A stretch of 64,000 nucleotides of DNA from Fidelibacterota bacterium (GTDB taxonomy: Bacteria; Fidelibacterota; Marinisomatia; Marinisomatales; UBA1611): positions 1,249 to 65,248 of the forward strand of contig JABHGY010000023.1 of assembly GCA_018671775.1 (NCBI GenBank), written 5' to 3'. Below the pieces are notes generated by a model. That model was not told the DNA's origin. It made no database searches and saw only the letters and a program-made list of their open reading frames with translations. Below, piece after piece: positions 1 through 9,023 of this stretch (position 1 is the stretch's first letter; each line of letters begins with the position of its first letter). A program made the translations under genes and the position numbers.

Positions 1-1922
1 ATAGCATCACCAGAATTATTGAGAGAGGGGAAGCCTTCCTCATAGACAAAAATATGAGCATTTGGATTAACAGCGTTGAGCATTACAGAGTCGGATAACA
101 AAACAACAAAATTATTTTCATATACCATTCTATCTGGAATGGGAACAGGAGATTTTTGATTGTCAGAAAATTGCCAGTCTTTCATGTTTAAGTCCTGGCT
201 TACAATAAATTCTACAAATTCAGACTGATCATTATTGGGTAAAGCCATAAACTCATTTAACACTACCGTTTTAAATCTGTATTGAACTTTCAACGTATCC
301 ACCCAAGAATTATCGTCTAAATTATCATCCCCTGGAAGAAAAAGATCAATCGTAAGTTGATGGGATCCAGAGGTAAATCCAGGTAAATTCATTTCTACAA
401 AAGTCGTGTCACCTAATGCGCCAGAATTGAAGGACATCTCTGAAAGATCATCATCAAAATGTGAGATAGTCAGTGCTCCCAAAAAAGGTAATATTCCCGA
501 ATTTAGCACAGAAACCATTACAGAAAATGGCTGGTTTTCTTCAGGGTAAAGTGGATTAAAAACAAGCCCAGAGATGAGCGTTCCGTCTATTTCAAAAGGG
601 GTAACGGCATTGAGATACCCGGGTGTTTTCCCTATTTCTGCAGAACTTTGTCGCCAATTATTTGAAAGATGTGACAGAGAATCCATAAATATTTTTTCGG
701 TAGACTTTCCAGTAGTGTATCCAAAATCTGCGTCATAAGATAAGGAATCAATCACGGTTCCGAATGGATCTAAAAGACGAATATTGTCATCGGAATTATT
801 CAAACTGGGGAAGCCACCAATTGGAACAATATACGGAACCGAATCTGGGACGAGCGTCAAAAACGAAGAGTCATCGGCAACGATAAAATATTCATTGGGC
901 CCAATCATTTTTTCAGGGAAACGATAATTTGTATTGTCGCGACTATCTTTTAATTCCCAATTATTGATATTAATGCTGTCTTCTCCAAAATAAATAAATT
1001 CTATAAATTCTGGTTCTTCGCTTGTGGGCTTTGGGTAAAATTCATTGATGCGAAATAACTGCGTTTCATATCGAACCCCGAGATTGATAGAGTCGATATT
1101 ATTTATCAAATTTGAATCATCCGTGATAAGAAGAGAAACAGATAAACCGTGTTCTCCAAATCCAAAAGGGCCAATTTCCATTTCAAAACTTGTTGTGTCT
1201 AATTCAGATAAAATTTCTAAGAATTCTGTTGAAATAATATTCAAATTGTCGCTAATCTGAATTTGTCCTTCAAAGTTTTCTAATCCTTCGTTTACCACTC
1301 GTCCGATGATCGTGCTTGTGCCACCATTTTCAATAATGGCTGGCGATAAAGATAAAGAAGATTCGACCAATGCTCCGTCTATATTTTCAGGATAAACACT
1401 ATTAATCACGCCAGGTGTTCCGAGAGAATCGAGAGATGGAATCCAATTAAAGGATTCGTTTGGAAAATGAAGTCGCACTCGTTCTAAGGAAAAACCATCT
1501 GGCGAGACATCGGTCCATCCAAGCGAATCAATTAAAACACCACTTGAGTCATAGAGAAATAATGAATCTGAATTGGACAATCCATTTCCAATGCTGGAAT
1601 CATCCACCTTAATCAAGATGGTTTCAGTAGGAATAATATCTAAGTAGGCACCAGAGGAAAAATTATAATCGCCTTCCAAAATCAAAGCATAAGCTAAAGG
1701 CGGAATACTTAGTCCAAAGCCCGAGTCAACCAGCACATCAGAAGAGGATCGATCAACAATTGTCCATCCAGCTAAATGAACAGAATCGATTTCAGAGCTA
1801 TTAAATATTTCTACAAATTCATTTGGTGAATCGGTCCCGGGTAAATCATACATAATTTCAGTAAAAATAATTTGAGCTGAAATTGGGACAAAAAAAGAGA
1901 GTATAAGAAAAAGTGGTTTCAA
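1..1922 (-). CDS. Secreted multi-domain lamin-tail-domain (LTD) protein, N-terminal part only (C-terminus lies beyond the left window edge)
   Basis: The minus-strand frame is open from a TTG at 1922-1920 to position 1; I checked several stretches by hand for in-frame stops. It is missing from the ORF track only because it is truncated. The N-terminus LKPLFLILSFFVPISAQ is signal-peptide-like. It is followed by IIFTEIMYDLPGTDSPNEFVEIFN and later VVLNEFMALPNNDQSEFVEFIV, with recurring GNGLSNSDS / FPSLNNSGD motifs. These are hallmarks of repeated LTD modules. Confidence 0.75.
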   Translation of the reverse strand, partial: MKPLFLILSFFVPISAQIIFTEIMYDLPGTDSPNEFVEIFNSSEIDSVHLAGWTIVDRSSSDVLVDSGFGLSIPPLAYALILEGDYNFSSGAYLDIIPTETILIKVDDSSIGNGLSNSDSLFLYDSSGVLIDSLGWTDVSPDGFSLERVRLHFPNESFNWIPSLDSLGTPGVINSVYPENIDGALVESSLSLSPAIIENGGTSTIIGRVVNEGLENFEGQIQISDNLNIISTEFLEILSELDTTSFEMEIGPFGFGEHGLSVSLLITDDSNLINNIDSINLGVRYETQLFRINEFYPKPTSEEPEFIEFIYFGEDSININNWELKDSRDNTNYRFPEKMIGPNEYFIVADDSSFLTLVPDSVPYIVPIGGFPSLNNSDDNIRLLDPFGTVIDSLSYDADFGYTTGKSTEKIFMDSLSHLSNNWRQSSAEIGKTPGYLNAVTPFEIDGTLISGLVFNPLYPEENQPFSVMVSVLNSGILPFLGALTISHFDDDLSEMSFNSGALGDTTFVEMNLPGFTSGSHQLTIDLFLPGDDNLDDNSWVDTLKVQYRFKTVVLNEFMALPNNDQSEFVEFIVSQDLNMKDWQFSDNQKSPVPIPDRMVYENNFVVLLSDSVMLNAVNPNAHIFVYEEGFPSLNNSGDA

Positions 1923-1944
1923 TTTGATAATTAAGAAAAGGGAA

Positions 1945-2364
1945 TCATAATTTTGATAAAAAGATTTCTATCCGTTTTTTCAGGTCATTCCGTGTTTCTC
2001 GATATCGATCTTTGAATGCTTTTTCGTCACTCCAGCCACGAAAAGGATCATCCACGCTCCAATGAATTTTTTCTACATCGCCAGGAAATACAGGACAAAC
2101 TGCATTCGCATTATCGCAGACCGTAATCACAATATCAATATTTTGGTCAAGATATTTTTGGATAGAGTCAGAGCGGTGATGAGAAATATCGATACCCCAT
2201 TCTGCTAAAATTGCAATAGACATGGGATGAACTCTGGAGGGATGGCTTCCTGCGCTAAAGATTTGAAATCGATCTCCAGCTAAATCTCGAAGGATTCCTT
2301 CTGCCATTTGAGAACGACAAGAATTGCCGGTGCATACAAATAACACTTTTTTCTTTTGGCTCAT
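1945..2364 (-). CDS. arsC: Arsenate reductase, thioredoxin-coupled LMW-PTP family
   Basis: The P-loop VLFVCTGNSCRSQMAE (CX5R) is present, together with the downstream cysteine pair in VCDNANAVCP that is typical of the Trx-dependent ArsC clade. The ORF-track start at 2406 is probably over-extended. The internal Met giving MSQKKKVLFVCTGN fits family N-termini. Confidence 0.8.
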   Translation of the reverse strand: MSQKKKVLFVCTGNSCRSQMAEGILRDLAGDRFQIFSAGSHPSRVHPMSIAILAEWGIDISHHRSDSIQKYLDQNIDIVITVCDNANAVCPVFPGDVEKIHWSVDDPFRGWSDEKAFKDRYRETRNDLKKRIEIFLSKL

Positions 2365-2445
2365 AGATGGTGAAATTTCAGAACCAATAATGAAAGAATC
2401 AATCATTCAATTTTCTATTTTTAGGATTTTAGGATAAATTAAACC

Positions 2446-3270
2446 ATGTCAAGAGAATCAAAATCACCTTTTACGCCTTTATTTAGTAATCCGCTGGAGC
2501 CATATCCAGGTTTAACTATTAATGATTTAAATCGATATTTGCCTGCGGTTCGAACGGTAGATGATATTAAAATGACACCTGAAGGAATGTCCGAAGGTTT
2601 ATTTTTAGCAGAAACAATCGAAGGATTACAAAAATTGCCGGACAATACCATTGATTTATTGATTGCCAAACCGCCTGAAGATCCTTGGGCAAATATAGAA
2701 AATTCTCCACAAAAAATGACGCTGCAAGATTTCTATCAATGGAATGAAAAATGGTTGCAAGAATCGATGCGTGTTTTGCAACCCACGGGCGCAATATATT
2801 TACTATGTGGCTGGCGATATTCTGGTATGTATCATGCTTTATTGAATGATCATTTCAAAATTCAATCAAGAATTACATGGAATAATAAACCAGCAAAAGG
2901 TCAAGGGAAATCTCCGACGTGGCTCAATCAAAGTTCTGATATCTGGTTTGCCACGAAAAGTAATGATTTCCTTTTCAATCAGAATTATGTCCAAAAAGAA
3001 TCTTTGGAGATGAATTGGAATGACGACGAAATATCCCATTCAAATTTTTGGGCAGATATTCGCCCTTTGCCAGGTGACGAACATATTCCAGATCGTTTAT
3101 TAAATCGTATTCTAAAGGCAAGTAGCTTTAAACTCAATTGGGTTTTAGATCCATTTTTAGGAGAAGGAATTATTGGACGTATTACTAAAAAATCTGGGCG
3201 ACGATTTATTGGATTTGGAAACGATAAAGATAAACTGCTTATGGCTATGAAAAAAATCGATCAATCATAA
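2446..3270 (+). CDS. DNA methylase N-4/N-6 domain (beta-class) homologue with degenerate catalytic and SAM-binding motifs
   Basis: The beta-class motif order is kept, but each motif departs from consensus. Motif IV reads DLLIAKPPEDPW (nt 2665-2676 = AKPP) instead of (D/S/N)PP(Y/F). The HPxxKP-like segment reads EHIPDRLLNRIL. Motif I reads VLDPFLGEGIIG (nt 3148-3177) instead of DPFxGSGTT. Confidence 0.65.
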   Translation: MSRESKSPFTPLFSNPLEPYPGLTINDLNRYLPAVRTVDDIKMTPEGMSEGLFLAETIEGLQKLPDNTIDLLIAKPPEDPWANIENSPQKMTLQDFYQWNEKWLQESMRVLQPTGAIYLLCGWRYSGMYHALLNDHFKIQSRITWNNKPAKGQGKSPTWLNQSSDIWFATKSNDFLFNQNYVQKESLEMNWNDDEISHSNFWADIRPLPGDEHIPDRLLNRILKASSFKLNWVLDPFLGEGIIGRITKKSGRRFIGFGNDKDKLLMAMKKIDQS

Positions 3271-3286
3271 TAATTTGGGAAAAACA

Positions 3287-3730
3287 ATGAGCTTATTTGA
3301 AACAATTCAATCCGATATGTATCAAGCTATGAAGGCTGGAGAGAAACAGAAATCGATCACATTGCGTGGGCTTATCGCAAAATTAAAAGATAAAAAAATT
3401 GCGAAACGAGAAGATCTCACAGAATTTGAAGAAATCAAAACGATTCAAACCCTAGTAAAGCAACGCCGAGAATCTGAAAAAATATATGCGGATGCAGGAA
3501 GAGATGACTTATCAGAAATTGAAAAATTTGAAGCAGATTTATTGGAAAAATATTTACCTCAAATGTTCAGCGAAGATGAAACGCGTAATTTGGTGAAAGA
3601 TATTATTAAAAAAACTGGTGCAACAAGCATAAGTGATTTGGGTCAAGTGATGCCAGAAGTAATGAAGAAAGGGTCAGGAAAAATAGATGGAAAAGTTGCG
3701 AACTCTATTTTAAGAGAGCTGCTTGCCTGA
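3287..3730 (+). CDS. yqeY: GatB/YqeY domain-containing protein
   Basis: MSLFETIQSDMYQAMKAGEKQKSITLRGLIAKLKDKKI...IYADAGRDDLSEIEKFEADLLEKYLP and ...GKVANSILRELLA match the YqeY family end to end. The track start at 3275 is a TTG extension. Confidence 0.9.
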   Translation: MSLFETIQSDMYQAMKAGEKQKSITLRGLIAKLKDKKIAKREDLTEFEEIKTIQTLVKQRRESEKIYADAGRDDLSEIEKFEADLLEKYLPQMFSEDETRNLVKDIIKKTGATSISDLGQVMPEVMKKGSGKIDGKVANSILRELLA

Positions 3731-4267
3731 ATGGGATATTTCATTGATGGTCTTGCGGTTTTTTATCTTGTCGTTATGGGAATGATTGGATTTAAACGAG
3801 GATTAATTGAAGAATTGGGTAGATTGTTAGGGCTTGTTTTTGCAGCATTTTTTTCTTTTAAATATTACGTAGCGCTAGCATCAATTATTCATAAACAAGT
3901 TGCAATTGATCCATGGGTTGAAATTGTTTTAGCCTCATTTGGTATTTTTGCATTAGTTCTTTTCATCGCTCGTATTATTACGAAATTTCTTCAAATTGCA
4001 TTTTTATCTAAACAGAATAAATGGGTCAATCAATTTATGGGTGTTCTTTTTGGCGCAATAAAAGGGCTAACTATTATGTCTATTTTTATATGGATCATAG
4101 AGATATTGCCTTTAGATAAATGGTCAACAATTCTTATGAATGAATCTCAATTAGCCAAAACAAATATGATTATCCGAGAAAGCGTTATCGAAGAATTCGG
4201 TTGGGAAGATCCTGTAAAACAAGGAAAAAACTTTATTCAAACATTTTCAAATAAAAATGTAATTTAA
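3731..4267 (+). CDS. cvpA: CvpA family membrane protein
   Basis: Four predicted TM helices. The N-terminus FIDGLAVFYLVVMGMIGFKRGLIEELGRLLGLV is typical of CvpA (colicin V production protein family). Confidence 0.75.
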   Translation: MGYFIDGLAVFYLVVMGMIGFKRGLIEELGRLLGLVFAAFFSFKYYVALASIIHKQVAIDPWVEIVLASFGIFALVLFIARIITKFLQIAFLSKQNKWVNQFMGVLFGAIKGLTIMSIFIWIIEILPLDKWSTILMNESQLAKTNMIIRESVIEEFGWEDPVKQGKNFIQTFSNKNVI

Positions 4268-4271
4268 AATT

Positions 4272-6029
4272 ATGGCACAAATTCCACAGGAGACTATTGA
4301 TCATATTCGAGATACCGCCAACATTGTGGATGTGGTTTCTGATGTAGTTGAACTCAAAAAAAGAGGAGGTAACTTTTTTGGTTTATGTCCATTTCACCAT
4401 GAAAAAACAGGTTCTTTTAGTGTGGCACCAGCAAAACAGATTTACCATTGTTTTGGATGCGGGGCTGGAGGAAACGCCATAACTTTTTTAATGGAATATG
4501 AAAAAATTACATTTCCAGAAGCGGTTCAAAATTTAGGGCAAAGGTACGGCATCCAAGTTGATTTCTCTCATGACGAACAATCAAAAAATGATTATACTAA
4601 ATTGTATGAAATTCACGAAATTGCCACAAATTTATATCAGGATAATTTATTTTCACCTCGAGGAAAAAAAGCATTAGCCTATTTAACAAAACGAGGTTTT
4701 TCAGAAGACATATTAAAACAATTCAAAGTTGGTTTGGCTATCGATACTTGGGATCAACTTAGTAAGCATGCGAACGCAGAAAGTTTGAAGTCGGATTTTA
4801 TTTTAAAAACAGGACTTTTTGCAAGAACAGAAAAAGGAACTTTTGATCGATTCCGTTCAAGAATTATGGTTCCGATATTTAACCCAACGGGGAAAGTAAT
4901 TGCTTTTGGTGGACGTGTTTTTGATAATGAAGATCCAGCCAAGTATCTTAATTCGCCAGAGACACCTTTATATAAAAAGAGTGATATTTTTTATGGAGCA
5001 CATGCAACGCGAGATGCGATTCGTAAAGCAAGTTTCGCCATTGTTGTTGAAGGATATTTTGATTTTCTTCAACTATATCAAGCGGGATTTAGGAATGTTG
5101 TGGCAATTTCTGGAACAGCATTAACAGAGAAGCATGTTCAGAATTTGAGAAAACTTGTTTCTAAAACAGTTTTGTTTTATGATGGAGATCAAGCAGGTGG
5201 AAATGCGGCTGTGCGAGCAGGATTTTTATTGCTAAAAGGAGGCGTCGAGCCAAAAGTAACGACACCACCTTTAGGTAAAGATCCAGATGATTGGATATTA
5301 GAAGCAGGTCGAGAAGTAGTTGAATCTGCGATTAAAAAGAGTCAATCCTTTTTAGGATTCCATTTTGCATTTTATCAAATTCAAAAATTAGATGGCGTTG
5401 ATAAAAGCGATTATGTAAAAAATTTAATCCGAGAAATTATGGAGATAAATGATGGAATTATCCGAGACGAACTATTACGAACTGTTGGACAAAAACTTCA
5501 AATTGGAGATAAAGATTTAGAGAAATATATGCGTCAAACTCAGAGGCGTAGCAGTTATACTCGCCAAGAACCAGATGTAAAAATTAAAAAAGTTTTTTCG
5601 TTTACGACTGTTGAGCAACGGGCGCAATTGGAGCTGATTAAATTGTTAGCCAGTGATGATCCAGATCACCGCCAATTAGTAAAGATGCACGTACAAGCAG
5701 AAGATTTTACAGATACGTTATTAAAAAAGCTGGCGACTCGACTGATGAGTAAAGCAATGGTAATTGACCATTCAGCGTTGATTGAAGATTTTAAAGATAA
5801 AGACGAACGGGACGCCATTACAGAAATTTTGATTCAGGAAGAAATCCATGGCATACCAGAAGAAATTGTAATAGACTGTATAAATATCATAAAATCCAGA
5901 CCCATCAAAGAAAAAATCGAGTCCTTACGTTTATCAATTCGGGAAAAAGAGGCGAATGGCGCAAATGTTGAAAATGAGATTATAGAAGTAATCAGATTAC
6001 AAAAAACATTAAATGAACATTCCAAGTAA
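4272..6029 (+). CDS. dnaG: DNA primase
   Basis: Zinc-ribbon CPFHHEKTGSFSVAPAKQIYHCFGCGAGGNAITFL, TOPRIM region VVEGYFDFLQLYQAGFRNVVAISGTALT...LFYDGDQAG, and a C-terminal helicase-interaction region. Confidence 0.95.
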   Translation: MAQIPQETIDHIRDTANIVDVVSDVVELKKRGGNFFGLCPFHHEKTGSFSVAPAKQIYHCFGCGAGGNAITFLMEYEKITFPEAVQNLGQRYGIQVDFSHDEQSKNDYTKLYEIHEIATNLYQDNLFSPRGKKALAYLTKRGFSEDILKQFKVGLAIDTWDQLSKHANAESLKSDFILKTGLFARTEKGTFDRFRSRIMVPIFNPTGKVIAFGGRVFDNEDPAKYLNSPETPLYKKSDIFYGAHATRDAIRKASFAIVVEGYFDFLQLYQAGFRNVVAISGTALTEKHVQNLRKLVSKTVLFYDGDQAGGNAAVRAGFLLLKGGVEPKVTTPPLGKDPDDWILEAGREVVESAIKKSQSFLGFHFAFYQIQKLDGVDKSDYVKNLIREIMEINDGIIRDELLRTVGQKLQIGDKDLEKYMRQTQRRSSYTRQEPDVKIKKVFSFTTVEQRAQLELIKLLASDDPDHRQLVKMHVQAEDFTDTLLKKLATRLMSKAMVIDHSALIEDFKDKDERDAITEILIQEEIHGIPEEIVIDCINIIKSRPIKEKIESLRLSIREKEANGANVENEIIEVIRLQKTLNEHSK

Positions 6030-7071
6030 ACAGACAGTCCTTTTTATTTTTATTATGAACCTTGCTTTTAGTTTAGGTCATAATAAACTGGAAAAAATAT
6101 GGTATTATGAAAACACTCAAGGTGTTTTAATTCATCTGAAATTAGAAAGCACGATCAAAGCTGAAGACATTTCCGAGACGTTTTCAGAAAACACTAATCT
6201 TTACTTTACTTTAAATAACGTCTATAGCGATAGTGCAATAATAGGAGGATTGAAACCAAAACCACCAATCACTGAGATGAGAATTGAAAACAATGAAACG
6301 TCTCTGAAAATTGGTTTATTGATGAAAATGTCGATCGTTTCTTTCCAGGTTTTTTATTCAAATACTTGCTCTGAAATTTTGATACAAGTTCAAAACAATA
6401 AAGGACAGGGTGTCATTGATTCTTCAACAAAATCTGATGGCAATTTTGCTAAAAGTATAATTTTAGTTTCTGATGAAGGTTTAAAAGGCATGTCATTTAA
6501 AGATGCTTTTACAAAAGCGAGAAAGCAATATGGAAAAGATCAATATTTTTCATGGAAGCGCCATTGGTATAATACTAATATTGTGACTAAGAAGCGTAAA
6601 GAGAAACAGAAGGCTATAACGGCAAAGAAGAAAATTGTTTTGTCCGAAAGCAGTAATGATCCTAAACAATCGATTAATAAAAAAGACGACAAAATAGAAG
6701 AAGCGAATGTTCTTCAACGTATTGTTACAAAAAAGACGACTGGAATTATAGGCACAGAATATTTACCTCGTCTTCCAAAAACAAAAATAAAGTCAGATAC
6801 CAAAGCTAAGATTATTATTTATTGTAACATATCGGGACTGCCTGTTTTGCTCGATGGAAAAGCAATTGGAATTACGCCTATTAAAAAAAGTATTAATGTG
6901 CAGCAAGGATTTCACAATTTGGAAATAATGGTTCCTGAAGCATTAGAATCGGACTTATATTCAATTGAATCTTCTAATAAAAAAGAGATTTATATTCACG
7001 GCGGAAAAACCCAAAAACTAAGATTTAATTTCCCCGAACAATTACGTAAAAAATCGAAGAAAATTCAATGA
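6013..7071 (+). CDS. Secreted or membrane-anchored PEGA-domain protein, function unknown
   Basis: Hydrophobic N-terminus (TVLFIFIMNLAFSLG), a Lys-rich linker (TKKRKEKQKAITAKKK), and a C-terminal PEGA-type motif IIIYCNISGLPVLLDGKAIGITPIKKSINVQQGFHNLEI. The start overlaps the dnaG stop by 17 nt. Confidence 0.6.
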   Translation: MNIPSKQTVLFIFIMNLAFSLGHNKLEKIWYYENTQGVLIHLKLESTIKAEDISETFSENTNLYFTLNNVYSDSAIIGGLKPKPPITEMRIENNETSLKIGLLMKMSIVSFQVFYSNTCSEILIQVQNNKGQGVIDSSTKSDGNFAKSIILVSDEGLKGMSFKDAFTKARKQYGKDQYFSWKRHWYNTNIVTKKRKEKQKAITAKKKIVLSESSNDPKQSINKKDDKIEEANVLQRIVTKKTTGIIGTEYLPRLPKTKIKSDTKAKIIIYCNISGLPVLLDGKAIGITPIKKSINVQQGFHNLEIMVPEALESDLYSIESSNKKEIYIHGGKTQKLRFNFPEQLRKKSKKIQ

Positions 7072-7955
7072 ATCGAAAAGGCAGATTTGCCGAAAAATTA
7101 ATAATTTTTGTCACGTTATTAATTTTAAAATCATTGTTGTTTGGCGCTACAATCACAGCAATAAGTGCTACAGCAAAATCTGATAATGTGCTTCTTACTA
7201 TTCTTACTTCCGAAGCCCTTTCTGGAGATCAAATATCAAGCTGGATTGATCGAGATCATTGGTTAAATATAAAATTGAAGGGAGTGCCCTTTCTATCAAA
7301 TGATATATTAAGTCAAGAATTTCAATATCCAATTTTAGATTTATCTGCAAAAACAATAGAGGAATCAACGCTTTTATCTGTTCATATTTCAAAAAAAATT
7401 ACCAGTTTTTCCATTTTATATTTTCCGAAAATCTCAAGTATTCAAGTGGCAATTTCTTGGGGAAATGATAGCGTTCAGACGGCAACTGAAAGTGAAGTAT
7501 CGCAATCGTTTGTTTTTCCTGATCCAAACGAAGAAGACGGAACACAATTGAAACATCCCAAATCTTGGAGAGAAGCGAGGGTTAGATCGTATTTACATAT
7601 TTTGTGTGATACGCCAGATTTACCCATTTATGTTGATGGGCAATTTGTGGGAAAAACCCCTCTTGAAAATACGGTAGATGTTTTTCCTGGTTGGCATAAG
7701 GTTGGGTATTTCCCAGGAGGTCCAAGCGAAATAGCTCCACCCAAAACGCCAAAAGAGAAAATGTTAAATGATATCGTTCGCATGGGAATTTTGGATGTGT
7801 ACGTTGAAGAGGGAAAAACGCGAAGCGTTGCTTTGTCTTATCAGTCTCTAGATGAAGACGTTTATAATTATCAGAAAAAAGTAAACTCAGGCGCTTGGAT
7901 TGGCTTTGGTCTCTTTTTTATTACAATGCTCATTATCAGTTGGGGGATGGTGTAG
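7068..7955 (+). CDS. PEGA-domain protein with C-terminal TM anchor, function unknown
   Basis: N-terminal hydrophobic segment, PEGA-type motif LHILCDTPDLPIYVDGQFVGKTPLENTVDVFPGWHKVGY, and C-terminal TM GAWIGFGLFFITMLIISWG. ATGA overlap with the upstream gene. Confidence 0.6.
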   Translation: MNRKGRFAEKLIIFVTLLILKSLLFGATITAISATAKSDNVLLTILTSEALSGDQISSWIDRDHWLNIKLKGVPFLSNDILSQEFQYPILDLSAKTIEESTLLSVHISKKITSFSILYFPKISSIQVAISWGNDSVQTATESEVSQSFVFPDPNEEDGTQLKHPKSWREARVRSYLHILCDTPDLPIYVDGQFVGKTPLENTVDVFPGWHKVGYFPGGPSEIAPPKTPKEKMLNDIVRMGILDVYVEEGKTRSVALSYQSLDEDVYNYQKKVNSGAWIGFGLFFITMLIISWGMV

Positions 7956-7957
7956 CT

Positions 7958-8881
7958 TTGAGTCGAATTATCGTTTTCTTTTTAATACTAATGACAACTT
8001 TAATTGGTCAAGAGGAGAAAAAACAGTTTCCTTTATTTAAAATGCCAAGATGGATGATGCCAAAACCAGATTCCCCTTCTTTACCAGACATAAAATCTAT
8101 TGATTTTTCGCCAGATACAGTTGTCGTAACAAAAGAGATTAAAGCGGACACAGTTTTTTTTACAGATACACTTGTTCTTACAGATACAGTTCGGATAGAA
8201 TATCGCATCAATGCAAAAAACGAACGAAAAAAAATTATCCATGGAAAAGGCTATTTCTTAGAATGGGATCCTCTTGAAATTGAACTAAAAAATCAAAAAG
8301 ATTTAGAGGAACTCAGAGAAAAAGCATATTTCCAAGTCCAATTAAATAAAGATAAAAGAATCAAACGAGTGACCTATTATAATAAAGAACACCAAGCTCA
8401 ATATTCTTGGGAATTTATGTGGTCTAAAGATGGTTCTCGTCATGCGTATTCGATATTATTTCATCAAAATATGAGAATGACAGACTTAGATAGCACTCTT
8501 TTTACAGACGCATTAAGCGAAGTGAGAGTGAATTGGACAGCTCAATATAAACATAGGAAAAATGGGAAACTTGCCAGCCTCCTTGTCTATGACCATATCG
8601 GGTTTTTATCTTACCAATATCAATTTGCCTATTTGGGCGAAAAGGGCGAGGATGAAAGAATTCATTCGTCCTATTTTAGAAGTGATAGTTCAAAAGTAGG
8701 GAATCATATAATTTATTATAATGAAAATCAAATGCTAGAGAAAATTGACTATTTTGGCAAAAATGGAAATCTAAAGCGAAGCATCACGATGGATTATTGG
8801 CCCGGAAAAAGTGAAGTTCAAAAAACCATTCGAGATTCGATTGGTATTATTTTATCTCGAAGAATTATTCCTTGGAAGTGA
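7958..8881 (+). CDS. Hypothetical exported protein with repeated beta-hairpin (MORN/YwqK-like) character
   Basis: Long ORF. The likely start is the TTG at 7958, directly after the upstream stop, giving LSRIIVFFLILMTTLIGQ as a signal or anchor. The track start at 7895 would overlap the upstream gene by 61 nt. No recognisable catalytic motif. Confidence 0.5.
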   Translation: MSRIIVFFLILMTTLIGQEEKKQFPLFKMPRWMMPKPDSPSLPDIKSIDFSPDTVVVTKEIKADTVFFTDTLVLTDTVRIEYRINAKNERKKIIHGKGYFLEWDPLEIELKNQKDLEELREKAYFQVQLNKDKRIKRVTYYNKEHQAQYSWEFMWSKDGSRHAYSILFHQNMRMTDLDSTLFTDALSEVRVNWTAQYKHRKNGKLASLLVYDHIGFLSYQYQFAYLGEKGEDERIHSSYFRSDSSKVGNHIIYYNENQMLEKIDYFGKNGNLKRSITMDYWPGKSEVQKTIRDSIGIILSRRIIPWK

Positions 8882-8910
8882 TTTGTAAGCTATTACCAAG
8901 GCGTGTGCTA

Positions 8911-9003
8911 GTCGTAAGTAATTTTTATTTTCATCCAATCAAATCCCCAAATGTTGGGGATAAATGGGGGTTCTAAAAATAGGATGAAAATAAAAATTGC
9001 GAC
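8911..9003. terminator. Nested hairpin between convergent genes (probable bidirectional terminator)
   Basis: The outer arms are gtcg..atttttattttcatcc (8911-8936) and ggatgaaaataaaaat..cgac (8982-9003), with a perfect 16-bp core. The inner hairpin is tcccca-aatgt-tgggga (8944-8960). It sits between the + gene ending at 8881 and the - gene ending at 9024. Confidence 0.5.
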
Positions 9004-9023
9004 TAATCATCTTTGGCGTAATA

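Noticed and set aside
1045-1260. 71-aa plus-strand ORF from the track
   Set aside because: It lies entirely antisense to the long LTD-protein frame, which has clear domain motifs. Its own translation is low-complexity with no start context.
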